Shown here piece by piece: positions 39,014-46,723 of a stretch of DNA of 46,723 nt; positions within the stretch are counted from its first letter, which is position 1; every line of letters begins with the position of its first letter. A model generated the notes under the pieces. The model made no database searches and was not told the origin of the DNA. It saw only the letters and a program-made list of their open reading frames with translations. The DNA is from Firmicutes bacterium UBA3914 (lineage in GTDB: Bacteria > Bacillota > Limnochordia > Darwinibacteriales > Darwinibacteriaceae). The stretch is taken from contig DGEY01000060.1 of assembly GCA_002391385.1 (NCBI GenBank), positions 5,531 through 52,253 of the forward strand, read 5' to 3'. Position numbers and translations under genes: made by a program.

Positions 39014-40405
39014 TTGCTTTCGGAAAGCGTAATCACGGACGTGCTGTTGGCCGCCCTATCCACCGGCGGTGATTTTGCCGAGATTTTCATGGAAGACACT
39101 TTCAACACCCAGATCCGCATGCTGGACGGTGCGGTGGAAGAGGCAGTGAGCGGAAGGGACCACGGGGTAGGGATTCGCATTTTCCAAGGTCTGCGCTCGG
39201 TCTATGCCTACACCAATGACCTGAGGCGGGAGAGCTTGATGAAAACGGCCAGGGAGGCCGCGGCGGCGCTGCCTGGGGTTCCCCAGGGCAAGACGGTGGT
39301 CCTGGCCCGGATGGCCGTGGATAGGTTCAACCCGGTGCGCCTGGAGCCCAGGCAGGTTCCCCACCGTGACAAGGTTGAGGTGATGAAGAAGGCCCACCTG
39401 GCCGCGGCGGGCTTCCATGAGCAGATCACGCAGGTTGTGGTGCACTACCTGGATGTGGATCAGAATGTGCTCATTGCCAATTCCGAGGGCCTACTCGCGG
39501 AGGACCGCAGGGTGCGGACCCGGCTGTCCATCAACGCGGTGGCCACCCGGGGCGAGGAAAAACAGTCGGCTTTCCGCGGCCCCGGCCGGCACATGGGCTT
39601 TGAACTATTTGAACGCATCGATGTGGAGGAAATCGCCCGGGATGCTGCCCACAGCGCGGTGACCATGGTCAATGCCGATTACGCGCCGGGTGGGAAGTAT
39701 CCGGTGATCATCGACAACGAGTTTGGCGGGGTCATTTTCCACGAGGCCTGCGGCCACAGCCTGGAAGCCACCAGCGTGGCCAAGGGGGTTTCCGAGTTCA
39801 GCGGCAAGCTCGGGGAAAAGATCGCCAGCGAGCTGGTGACCGCGGTGGATGACGGCACCATCCCCAACGCCTGGGGGTCCCAGAACATCGACGATGAGGG
39901 TACCAAAACCAGAAGAAATGTGCTCATCGAGAAGGGCATACTCAAAGGGTATATGATCGATCGCCTCAACGCCCGCCGCATGGGTATGGAACCCACCGGC
40001 AATGCCCGGAGGCAGTCGTATAAATTCGCCCCCACCTCCCGCATGACCAATACCTTTATCTGTGCCGGTGAATCCACCCGCGAGGAGATCATCGCCAACA
40101 CCGAATACGGCTTGTACGCTAAGCGCATGGGCGGCGGTTCAGTGAACCCAGCCACCGGTGAGTTCAACTTCGCGGTGGCGGAGGGCTACATGGTGCGGGG
40201 CGGCAAGATCGCCGAACCTGTGCGGGGAGCCACCCTCATCGGCAGGGGTTCGGAGATCCTGCAGAAGATCGACATGGTGGCCTCCAACTTGGCCACGGGC
40301 CAGGGTATGTGCGGTTCGGTGAGCGGCTCCATCCCCGCAGATGTGGGTCAGCCCACCATCAGGGTAACAGAGATGACTGTAGGCGGACGGAAGGAGGCCA
40401 ACTGA
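39014..40405 (+). CDS. tldD: TldD-family metalloprotease
   Basis: HEACGHSLE zinc motif in full-length TldD-like sequence. TTG start follows GGGAGGG. Confidence 0.92.
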   Translation: MLSESVITDVLLAALSTGGDFAEIFMEDTFNTQIRMLDGAVEEAVSGRDHGVGIRIFQGLRSVYAYTNDLRRESLMKTAREAAAALPGVPQGKTVVLARMAVDRFNPVRLEPRQVPHRDKVEVMKKAHLAAAGFHEQITQVVVHYLDVDQNVLIANSEGLLAEDRRVRTRLSINAVATRGEEKQSAFRGPGRHMGFELFERIDVEEIARDAAHSAVTMVNADYAPGGKYPVIIDNEFGGVIFHEACGHSLEATSVAKGVSEFSGKLGEKIASELVTAVDDGTIPNAWGSQNIDDEGTKTRRNVLIEKGILKGYMIDRLNARRMGMEPTGNARRQSYKFAPTSRMTNTFICAGESTREEIIANTEYGLYAKRMGGGSVNPATGEFNFAVAEGYMVRGGKIAEPVRGATLIGRGSEILQKIDMVASNLATGQGMCGSVSGSIPADVGQPTIRVTEMTVGGRKEAN

Positions 40406-41760
40406 TGGATTTTCGGGAGTTTAAGGAACGTGTCTTCGCGGCTGGGAAGGCCAACGGCCTGGAGGAACTGGAAGTCTACGCCACCCGTTCCCGCAGTGTG
40501 AACGTGCGGGTGTTTGATGGTCAGGTGGATGATTACCGGGTCAGCGTAGAGCAGGGTGTGGGCCTGCGGGCCCGCTTCGGGGGCAAAGTGGGCTATGCCT
40601 ATGTGGAAAAACTGGATGAGGATTCCGTGGACTTCCTAGTCCAGGGGGTCAAGGCCAATGCCCAGATCATCGAATCCGCCGACGAAGTGGTTTTCCACGA
40701 GGGTTCAGCGAGTTATCCCCAGGTTGTGTGTTACAATGAAGATCTGGACCGCCTCTCTCCAGAGGAGATGATGGCCTTCTGCCTGGAGCTGGAAAAAACC
40801 GCTTTGGCCGCGGACGAACGGGTGTTCAAAGTGTCCAACGCCGTGACAGGCTGCGGGCAGACCGAGGTCTATATCGCCAACACCAGGGGCCTGGAACAGG
40901 GGTACAGAAGCAATGGGGTATTCAGCTACCTCAGTGCTGTGGTGCGCCAAAACGGCCAGGTCAAAACGGGGTATAAAGTCCTGTTTGACCGGGATTGGTC
41001 CACGTTCCAGGCTGATAAGATGGCCAGGGAAGCGGTGGAGGAAGCGGTATCCCTCTTGGGGGCTTCCAGCGTGTCCTCGGGCAGCTATCGGGTCTTGCTG
41101 CGGCGGGATGTGGCCCGGGAGCTTCTGGCCACTTTCGTCCCTGTTTTCTCCGCCGAATCGGTGCAAAAGGGGCTTTCGCTTCTCAAGGGCAAGTTGGGCC
41201 AGACCATCGCCAGTCCCCTGATCACCTTAGTTGATGACCCTCTGCTGGAAAACGGTGCCGGATCTGCTCCCTTTGACGGCGAAGGGGTGGCAGCCCGCAC
41301 CAAACGGGTGATTGAAGCTGGCCGCTTAACCACTTTCCTGCACAACCTGAAAACGGCCCGCAAAGATGGGGTGGACTCTACCGGCAACGCCTCCCGGCCC
41401 TCCTTTAAATCGCCCGTGGGTATTGCTCCCACCAACTTCTTCATTGAACCGGGGGAATATGCTTATCCTGAGCTAGTGGAGAGCCTGGATGATGGCCTAA
41501 TCATCATTGATGTGCAGGGAACCCACTCCGGTGCCAATCCCGTTTCCGGCGACTTTTCCCTGGGCGCCTTCGGCTACCTGGTGGAGGGCGGGAGAATCGT
41601 CCGGCCCGTGGATCAGATTACCATCGCCGGCAACTTCTTTAAGCTGCTGGAATCCGTAGAGGCTATCGGGTCTGACCTGGAGTTTGAAGTACCCAGTGTG
41701 AGGGGCAATGTGGGTTCACCTTCCCTGATCATCAGCGGGCTGGCCGTGGCCGGCAACTAG
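40405..41760 (+). CDS. pmbA: PmbA/TldE-family protease partner
   Basis: ATG 40405 overlaps the tldD stop codon (TGATG). PmbA-like sequence (GDFSLGAFGYLVEGG). Confidence 0.9.
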   Translation: MDFREFKERVFAAGKANGLEELEVYATRSRSVNVRVFDGQVDDYRVSVEQGVGLRARFGGKVGYAYVEKLDEDSVDFLVQGVKANAQIIESADEVVFHEGSASYPQVVCYNEDLDRLSPEEMMAFCLELEKTALAADERVFKVSNAVTGCGQTEVYIANTRGLEQGYRSNGVFSYLSAVVRQNGQVKTGYKVLFDRDWSTFQADKMAREAVEEAVSLLGASSVSSGSYRVLLRRDVARELLATFVPVFSAESVQKGLSLLKGKLGQTIASPLITLVDDPLLENGAGSAPFDGEGVAARTKRVIEAGRLTTFLHNLKTARKDGVDSTGNASRPSFKSPVGIAPTNFFIEPGEYAYPELVESLDDGLIIIDVQGTHSGANPVSGDFSLGAFGYLVEGGRIVRPVDQITIAGNFFKLLESVEAIGSDLEFEVPSVRGNVGSPSLIISGLAVAGN

Positions 41761-41772
41761 GAGGCGGCAGCA

Positions 41773-42303
41773 ATGAAGCTGGACGCGAAGTTAGCGGCAA
41801 ATGTGGGCGTGCTCACGGCGGTGTCCATTGTGCTCACCCGCTTTTTTGGGGTGATTGTTCCCATTGCCGGCGCCAATGCCCTGCGCCTGAGCTTTGGGGA
41901 GGCGCCCATCATGCTGGCAGGTGTCCTCTTCGGACCGGCGGGGGGAGCTTTGGCCGGCGTGGCCGCGGATTTGGTGGGCTTTTTGATCAATTCTTTTGGG
42001 GGGCCCTACCATCCTGGGTTGACCTTAAGCATGGGCCTCACCGGGCTGATTCCCGGGCTGCTGCTGCACAGCAAGCGCAATGAGCTCACGGTCCTGCAGG
42101 TGGGCCTGATCGTACTGCTCACAGATCTCATCACGGGTGTGCTCCTCAACACGCTGTGGCTGTCCCAGATGTTTGGTGGGGGGTTCTTTGAACTTCTGGG
42201 CATGCGGCTTGTGGCCAGGCTGCTCACCGTGCCCTTGTACACAGTCACGGTGTACTGGGCCAGCAGAGCCTATCGCTTCTACCTGGCCGGCGGCAGCCGC
42301 TGA
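41773..42303 (+). CDS. folT: folate-family ECF transporter S component
   Basis: 176 aa with about six TM segments. RLSFGEAPIMLAGVLFGPAGGALAGVAADLVGFLIN is FolT-like. RBS GGAGG at 41759-63. Confidence 0.78.
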   Translation: MKLDAKLAANVGVLTAVSIVLTRFFGVIVPIAGANALRLSFGEAPIMLAGVLFGPAGGALAGVAADLVGFLINSFGGPYHPGLTLSMGLTGLIPGLLLHSKRNELTVLQVGLIVLLTDLITGVLLNTLWLSQMFGGGFFELLGMRLVARLLTVPLYTVTVYWASRAYRFYLAGGSR

Positions 42304-42341
42304 GCTCTGCCCTCTTGCGAATTTCGCACCGAGGGGCCCCG

Positions 42342-42370
42342 TTGAAGGTGCGGCGGTTTTGTGCTATTAT
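42342..42370 (+). promoter_or_regulatory. candidate sigma-A promoter for the small ORF
   Basis: TTGAAG (42342-47), a 17-nt spacer, then TGcTATTAT (42362-70). Confidence 0.4.
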
Positions 42371-42408
42371 ATGTTTAAAAATTGTCTCAATGGAGTGTGA
42401 AGTTCCGC

Positions 42409-42636
42409 ATGGAAATTGACCCGCCGAAACGGTGGAAGCTTTGGAAGGCAGAGATTTTATACAGACTGCCTCAAGAATCGCGCAAGAAGATCAAGAACCT
42501 GCTGAAGTTGGGCGATGAATATAAAAGCAGTGGGGAGGAAGAGCTGGCGGAGCACTGCTACCACCTCTCCAGGAAACTGGCTGAGCAGGCCCGCGCGGTG
42601 CACCTGCTGAAGAAAATAGAACAACGGGTGAGATAA
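42409..42636 (+). CDS. small helical hypothetical protein (75 aa)
   Basis: ORF with a Lys/Glu-rich helical sequence, preceded by GGAG at 42392. No family recognised. Confidence 0.42.
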   Translation: MEIDPPKRWKLWKAEILYRLPQESRKKIKNLLKLGDEYKSSGEEELAEHCYHLSRKLAEQARAVHLLKKIEQRVR

Positions 42637-42663
42637 ATACTTACCCGGCCCCCTGGGGCCTGC

Positions 42664-42692
42664 TTGATCTGCAGCCCCAAGTGAGATAGAAT
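42664..42692 (+). promoter_or_regulatory. candidate sigma-A promoter for arsR-family gene, with TGAAA-tc-TTTCA palindrome (42700-42711) downstream
   Basis: TTGATC (42664-69), a 17-nt spacer, then TAGAAT (42687-92). A 5-2-5 inverted repeat lies between the -10 box and the start codon. Confidence 0.42.
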
Positions 42693-42723
42693 GATATTAT
42701 GAAATCTTTCACAAGGGGGTCGG

Positions 42724-43002
42724 GTGATGGAGCGGATCAAAACATGCGCGCAGCGCTTTCATGTGCTCGCGGACCCGATTCGACTGCAGATACTCCTCTT
42801 GCTTCAGGGGCAGGAAATGTGTGTCGGGCAGTTGGCTGAAGTGCTCGGCGTTAACCAACCTACGGTTTCCTATCATCTCAAGCGGCTGCACAGGGCTGGG
42901 TTGGTGGAGAGGCGCGCGGAAAACACCTGGAACTATTATTCCGTCTGTACAGACCTGCGCAGCTGGGTGAACCATGAGATCGATCATCTGCTCCAAGCGT
43001 AA
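42724..43002 (+). CDS. ArsR/SmtB-family transcriptional repressor
   Basis: FHVLADPIRLQILLLL...CVGQLAEVLGVNQPTVSYHLKRLHRAGLV is a winged HTH. Confidence 0.88.
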   Translation: MMERIKTCAQRFHVLADPIRLQILLLLQGQEMCVGQLAEVLGVNQPTVSYHLKRLHRAGLVERRAENTWNYYSVCTDLRSWVNHEIDHLLQA

Positions 43003-43029
43003 CCCACTGCCCAAGCAAGGGGGCTATCG

Positions 43030-43350
43030 GTGAGAGATTTGAAGAGAATAACCAAGGCACCGTCGCTTTGGCGAGCGGTGCTCATGATCTGGCGGGCAGG
43101 CTTAGAATCCTTCAAGCGGGGCGACCAGCCCACGGCGCTGCAGGAGAAGCTGGCTCGGCTGGAGCGGGAGCACCTGGAGCTATCCCGGCTGGTGCATGAC
43201 TACGAAACGAAGCTGCACAGTATCGCCAGGAACAACCAGGAGCTGGTCCAGGCCAAAAAGGAGCTGGAGTGGGGCTACCACGCCTTGCTCTTGGAAAACA
43301 ACATGCTCAAGGAAGAGATTTTCAGGCTCAAGGGCAAACCGCTCAACTGA
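43030..43350 (+). CDS. coiled-coil hypothetical protein (106 aa)
   Basis: GTG start 27 nt after the arsR stop codon. Heptad-like LARLEREHLELSRLVHDYETKLHS...ELEWGYHALLLENNMLKEEIFRLKG. Confidence 0.48.
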   Translation: MRDLKRITKAPSLWRAVLMIWRAGLESFKRGDQPTALQEKLARLEREHLELSRLVHDYETKLHSIARNNQELVQAKKELEWGYHALLLENNMLKEEIFRLKGKPLN

Positions 43351-43359
43351 GAATGCGGA

Positions 43360-43392
43360 GGAGTCGAGGCGCTTTGACTCCTTCTTCTTTTT
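43360..43392 (+). terminator. weak intrinsic terminator
   Basis: GGAGTC(43360-65)/GACTCC(43376-81) followed by TTCTTCTTTTT. Confidence 0.4.
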
Positions 43393-43425
43393 GAGGGGAA
43401 GCCAAGGAGAAAGGAAGTTTGCTGC

Positions 43426-43899
43426 ATGCAGGCGAGAAAGATGGTTCTAACTGCCCTTTTAGTGGGGGTAGTGGCTGTGGTGACTATGGTAGTGAACATT
43501 CCCCTGCCGGGGGTGAAGGGCTATGTCAACATCGGCGACACCGTGGTGCTGCTCTCCGGTGTGCTCTTCGGTCCGCTCACAGGGCTGGCAGCCGGCGGCC
43601 TTGGTTCAGCCCTCGCGGATCTTCTGCTGGGCTACGGGTTTTGGGCCCCCTGGACACTGCTGATCAAAGGCCTGGAGGGGCTGGCCGCGGGCTGGCTCAT
43701 TGGGCGCTGGGAGAAGGCCGCCTGGGCAGTGGGCCCCGCCGCGGCCCTGATGGTTTTGGGCTATTTCCTCGCGGGCAGCATCATCTACGGCTGGGGACCG
43801 GCCCTGGCCTCACTGCCCGGCGATCTGCTCCAGGGGGCAGTCAGTGCCGCCCTCTGCCTGCTTCTCCACGGACCTTTGAAGAAATACCTGGCGTCCTAA
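43426..43899 (+). CDS. ECF transporter S component (PF07155/RibU-like family; substrate unknown)
   Basis: 157 aa with about five TM segments. YVNIGDTVVLLSGVLFGPLTGLAAGGLGSALADLLLGY matches the pattern. Confidence 0.72.
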   Translation: MQARKMVLTALLVGVVAVVTMVVNIPLPGVKGYVNIGDTVVLLSGVLFGPLTGLAAGGLGSALADLLLGYGFWAPWTLLIKGLEGLAAGWLIGRWEKAAWAVGPAAALMVLGYFLAGSIIYGWGPALASLPGDLLQGAVSAALCLLLHGPLKKYLAS

Positions 43900-43913
43900 G
43901 TGGCGGAACAGGC

Positions 43914-43941
43914 ACACTTCTCCCGGGGTGCTCATAGAATA
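43914..43941 (+). promoter_or_regulatory. candidate mother-cell (sigma-K/sigma-E type) promoter upstream of sigK
   Basis: AC (43914-15), a 17-nt spacer, then CATAGAATA (43933-41). This matches my recollection of the sigma-K consensus, AC-(16-17)-CATAnnnTA. Confidence 0.35.
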
Positions 43942-43977
43942 TAAGGCTTGAGTGCAGGGAGAAGGGGGGCACCAGCT

Positions 43978-44325
43978 TTGTTTTCCTCACTGATCAGCGC
44001 CTTTGGCTCGCTGCTCGTGGAAGGAATTGGTTTCTTAACGGGATTCATTACCAGCGGGAGCGCCTTTCCCAAGCCCCTCCGGCCGGAAGAGGAACGGGAA
44101 CTGCTCCTGAAAAAAGAAGCAGGAGACGAAGGTGCCCGCAACATTCTCATCGAGCGGAACCTTCGTCTCGTGGCGCATGTGGTAAAGAAGTTCGACAACA
44201 CCGGTGAAGACACGGAAGATCTAATCTCCATTGGTGTGATCGGCCTCATCAAGGCCATCAACACTTTTGATCCCGGCAAAAACACCCGCCTAGCTACCTA
44301 TGCGGCCAGGTGCATTGAAAATGAG
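43978..44325 (+). pseudogene. sigK: 5' segment of the sigma-K gene (spoIVCB-like): pro-sequence through region 2.4, interrupted
   Basis: TTG 43978 follows [19 protein letters not shown]...[40 protein letters not shown]...[13 protein letters not shown] is colinear with my recollection of B. subtilis SigK. Homology stops after codon GAG 44323-25. The remaining ORF (to 44514) is antisense to the GH65 gene. Confidence 0.85.
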
Positions 44326-44340
44326 AATTCACTGTCAATG
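44313..44340. repeat. 28-bp imperfect palindrome centred on the sigK break
   Basis: CATTGAaaatgaga/attcactgTCAATG. The outer 6 bp are perfect and 10 of 14 arm positions are complementary. The axis lies at 44326/44327. Confidence 0.6.
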
Positions 44341-46656
44341 GGGAATGCTGATCTGCCCATCCGCCTCCACCCCGTAGGGCTGGCCGTGGACCACCAGGTC
44401 GCAGCGGGCGCCGCCCTCCTGGCTGATCACCACCTCGGAGGGGGTGACCTGTACCTTCAGGCGGTGGCCCCGGAAGAGCAGGCCGAAGGAATAGCTCTTC
44501 CAGCGACCGGGTAGGAACGGCCGCAGCGTGAGGCGGTCGTTTTCTATGCGCAGGCCGGCGAATCCGTACACAATGGCCATCCAGGTGCCAGCCATGCTGG
44601 TGATATGCAGACCGTCATCGGTGTCCTTGTTGTAGTTGTCCAAATCTAGGCGCGCGGTGCGCAGGTAAAGCTCGTAGGCCTTGTCGTGGTAGCCAATCTC
44701 CGCGGCGATGATAGCATGGACGCAGGGCGACAGCGACGATTCGTGAACCGTCATGGGTTCATAGAAATCGAAGTTGCGCTTTTTTGTCTCCAGATCATAC
44801 AGATGCCCCAGGAAGAACAGGCCCTGCAGCACATCGGCCTGCTTGATGAAGCAGGAGCGTAGGATGCGGTCCCAGGACCAGTTCTGGTTCAGGGGCAGAT
44901 CCTCCGGGGAAAGATCCGCCACGGTGAGAAGCTCCTTATCCATGAATCCATCCTGCTGCTCAAACACCCCCAGCTCTTCCACGTAGGGATAGTACATGCG
45001 GGCGGCAATATCGCTCCAGTGTTCCAGCTCAGACTGCTGGAGTTGCAGTTTGTCCACCAGCTTGCGGTAGCTGTCGGGTTTGGCCCGGCGCAGCTCCGCC
45101 AGGACTTCCATGGTGTATTCCAGGCACCAGACCGCGATGCGGTTGGTGTACCAGTTGTTGTTCACGTTGTTTTCGTATTCGTTGGGGCCGGTGACACCCA
45201 AAATCATGTACACGCCTTTTCTGGGCTGGAAAGTCACCCGGCTGGCCCAGAAGCGGCAGATCTCCACCAGAACCTCCAGGCCATAGTCCTCCAGATACTG
45301 CCCGTCGCCTGTGTAGCGCACGTAGTTGAAGATGGCGTAGGCGATGGCGCCGTTGCGGTGGATTTCCTCAAAGGTGATCTCCCACTCGTTGTGGCACTCT
45401 TCGCCGTTCATGGTGACCATGGGGTAGAGGGCGCCCTTGAGCCCCAGCTTGCGGGCGTTTTCTTTGGCCTTTTCCAGGTGGTTGTAGCGGTAGAGCAGCA
45501 GATTCCGGGCGATCTCCGGCTCCCTGGTGCCCAAATAGAAGGGCAGGCAGTAGGCCTCCGTATCCCAGTAGGTGCCCCCTCCGTACTTTTCCCCCGTGAA
45601 TCCCTTGGGACCGATGTTCAGGCGGGGGTCTTCCCCTGTGTAGGTCTGATGCAGGTGGAAGATGTTGAAGCGGATGCCCTGTTGGGCAGCGGGATCCCCC
45701 TCAATGACAATATCGCTTTCCCCCCAGGTTTTGGCCCAAGCCTGGGCATGGCGGGCAAAGAGCTCCCGGTAGTTGTGGGAACAGTAGCGGCGCACCAGCT
45801 CCAGGGCCCGCTGGGAGACCAGCTCCCGGGGATGGTCGCGGCTGGTGGTAACCGCCACAAGCTTTTCTAGAGAAACCGTCTCGCCAGAGTGCACCGTAAG
45901 CTCAGCCTCTGCCCCGGCATAGCGCGGGCGCGCCGTGGGGCGGACCTCCACAGCCGCTTCCTCCTGGCCCCGGTAGAGGCGGAAGGTGCTGGCTGCCGCC
46001 ACCACAAAGCCAGATTTTTTCACTTCCATGGTGACCAGCTGATAGTCTTCCCCGCTGAACTCCTCCACCCGCTGCCAGAAATCCTCGCCGTAATTGGCGT
46101 CTTCGTTGACCACATTGCCCTCGAGGTAGGGGGTGAATTTGACCTGTGCTCCCCGGCCCGGGGGATCAACCAGCAGTGTTAGGCTGTAGCGGATGCAGGC
46201 CAGCTCCCGCCGGTCTTTACTGACAAAACGCCGGGCCTCAACGGAATAGACCCGCCCTTCCCCATCTTCCACCTGGAAGGAACGGACCAGCTCGCCCCGG
46301 TACATGTCCAAAGTGCGCCGGAACTTGCTGGGCCGCCAGGTATGTAGATCCAGCACCCTGCCGTCCAGCTGCACATCGATGCCGATGAAATTGACCGCAT
46401 TCAACACCTTGGCGAAGTACTCCGGGTAGCCCACCTTCCACCAGCCCACCACCGTGCGGTCGGGGTAGTAAACGCCGGCGATGTAGGTTCCCTGGAGGTG
46501 ATCCCCTGAATAGCTTTCCTCGAAGTTTCCGCGCAGGCCCATGTATCCGTTGCCTAAGCTCATGATGCTCTCCATGAACCTGTTGGACTCTGGATGGAAT
46601 CCCTCTTCGCTTACACTCCATTCGTCGATTCCCAGAAGTGGTCTCAGAACTATCAC
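44335..46656 (-). CDS. glycoside hydrolase family 65 disaccharide phosphorylase (maltose/kojibiose/trehalose phosphorylase-like)
   Basis: 773 aa. N-terminal [15 protein letters not shown], then a central catalytic (alpha/alpha)6-like region ([19 protein letters not shown]). The GTG start at 46656 has a poorly spaced RBS, so the exact start is uncertain. Confidence 0.9.
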   Translation of the reverse strand: MIVLRPLLGIDEWSVSEEGFHPESNRFMESIMSLGNGYMGLRGNFEESYSGDHLQGTYIAGVYYPDRTVVGWWKVGYPEYFAKVLNAVNFIGIDVQLDGRVLDLHTWRPSKFRRTLDMYRGELVRSFQVEDGEGRVYSVEARRFVSKDRRELACIRYSLTLLVDPPGRGAQVKFTPYLEGNVVNEDANYGEDFWQRVEEFSGEDYQLVTMEVKKSGFVVAAASTFRLYRGQEEAAVEVRPTARPRYAGAEAELTVHSGETVSLEKLVAVTTSRDHPRELVSQRALELVRRYCSHNYRELFARHAQAWAKTWGESDIVIEGDPAAQQGIRFNIFHLHQTYTGEDPRLNIGPKGFTGEKYGGGTYWDTEAYCLPFYLGTREPEIARNLLLYRYNHLEKAKENARKLGLKGALYPMVTMNGEECHNEWEITFEEIHRNGAIAYAIFNYVRYTGDGQYLEDYGLEVLVEICRFWASRVTFQPRKGVYMILGVTGPNEYENNVNNNWYTNRIAVWCLEYTMEVLAELRRAKPDSYRKLVDKLQLQQSELEHWSDIAARMYYPYVEELGVFEQQDGFMDKELLTVADLSPEDLPLNQNWSWDRILRSCFIKQADVLQGLFFLGHLYDLETKKRNFDFYEPMTVHESSLSPCVHAIIAAEIGYHDKAYELYLRTARLDLDNYNKDTDDGLHITSMAGTWMAIVYGFAGLRIENDRLTLRPFLPGRWKSYSFGLLFRGHRLKVQVTPSEVVISQEGGARCDLVVHGQPYGVEADGQISIPH

Positions 46657-46701
46657 TCTCCCGCGCTGGCTTTAACTTATTCTACCCCACTTTCCGCATC
46701 C

Positions 46702-46716
46702 TGGCAATCGTTTGCA
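46702..46716. promoter_or_regulatory. LacI/CcpA-type operator-like palindrome upstream of the GH65 gene
   Basis: TGGCAATCGTTTGCA contains GCAA-t-CG-t-TTGC, about 50 nt upstream of the GH65 start codon. Confidence 0.3.
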
Positions 46717-46723
46717 CAACAGC

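Larger units (their letters stand above)
44326..46723. mobile_element. putative left end of a sigK-intervening (skin-like) element or rearranged segment; extends beyond the window
   Basis: Inferred only from the abrupt loss of sigK homology at 44325/44326. No recombinase, phage or transposase gene is visible in the 2.4 kb available. Confidence 0.35.

Noticed and set aside
43351-43425. Possible riboswitch (preQ1/THF/other) ahead of the ECF S component
   Set aside because: The region is about 75 nt and is largely occupied by a terminator-like hairpin and the RBS. I could recognise no conserved riboswitch core.
44325-44330. GAATTC at the sigK junction as a cloning or assembly scar
   Set aside because: A single 6-bp palindrome is expected by chance, and its axis is offset by 1 nt from the larger 28-bp palindrome. 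It is not evidence of an artefact, although a misassembly at this point should still be excluded with reads.
44326-44514. Continuation of the sigK ORF after CIENE ([16 protein letters not shown]...)
   Set aside because: It has no sigma-factor region 2.4/3/4 similarity and is the reverse complement of the GH65 C-terminal coding sequence. It is a fortuitous open frame, not a novel sigma C-terminus.

Overview
GC-rich (about 60% by eye) chromosomal segment from an endospore-forming Firmicute. The evidence is cwlD, a pro-sigma-K gene, GGAGG-type ribosome-binding sites, many GTG/TTG starts and 1-4 nt start/stop overlaps. I call about 50 protein genes and found no rRNA, tRNA, CRISPR array or IS element by eye. 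Most of the window is housekeeping: mnmA, pckA, cca, sfsA, psuG/psuK, glnS, luxS, cwlD, mtnN, pgi, manA, znuABC, rluD, dapF, glpQ, three tandem M42 peptidases, tldD/pmbA, folT and three ABC transporter modules. Two things stand out. (1) The sigma-K gene is split. Only the pro-sequence to region 2.4 half is present (43978..44325). It ends in the middle of the conserved CIENE/ILMHLR motif, at the centre of a 28-bp imperfect palindrome. The DNA beyond the break starts with a GH65 disaccharide phosphorylase, not a recombinase, so a skin-like intervening element or a rearrangement runs off the right edge of the window. (2) An 871-aa protein (27059..29674) fuses a class-III (omega-amine/aldehyde type) PLP aminotransferase to a domain that aligns along its length with cyanobacterial acyl-ACP reductase (AAR), including the catalytic-Cys motif. 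It has its own near-consensus promoter, an operator-like palindrome and its own terminator. That suggests a thioester-to-aldehyde-to-amine enzyme I do not recognise as described. Secondary observations are a tightly coupled HAD / APH-kinase / Methyltransf_32-like / psuG / psuK operon, a NYN-LOTUS-CSD predicted RNA nuclease, a DUF123 GIY-YIG gene overlapping a convergent small ORF, and an ArsR mini-cluster of small helical proteins. All family calls come from reading motifs in the translations and from recalled reference sequences. No database search was run.
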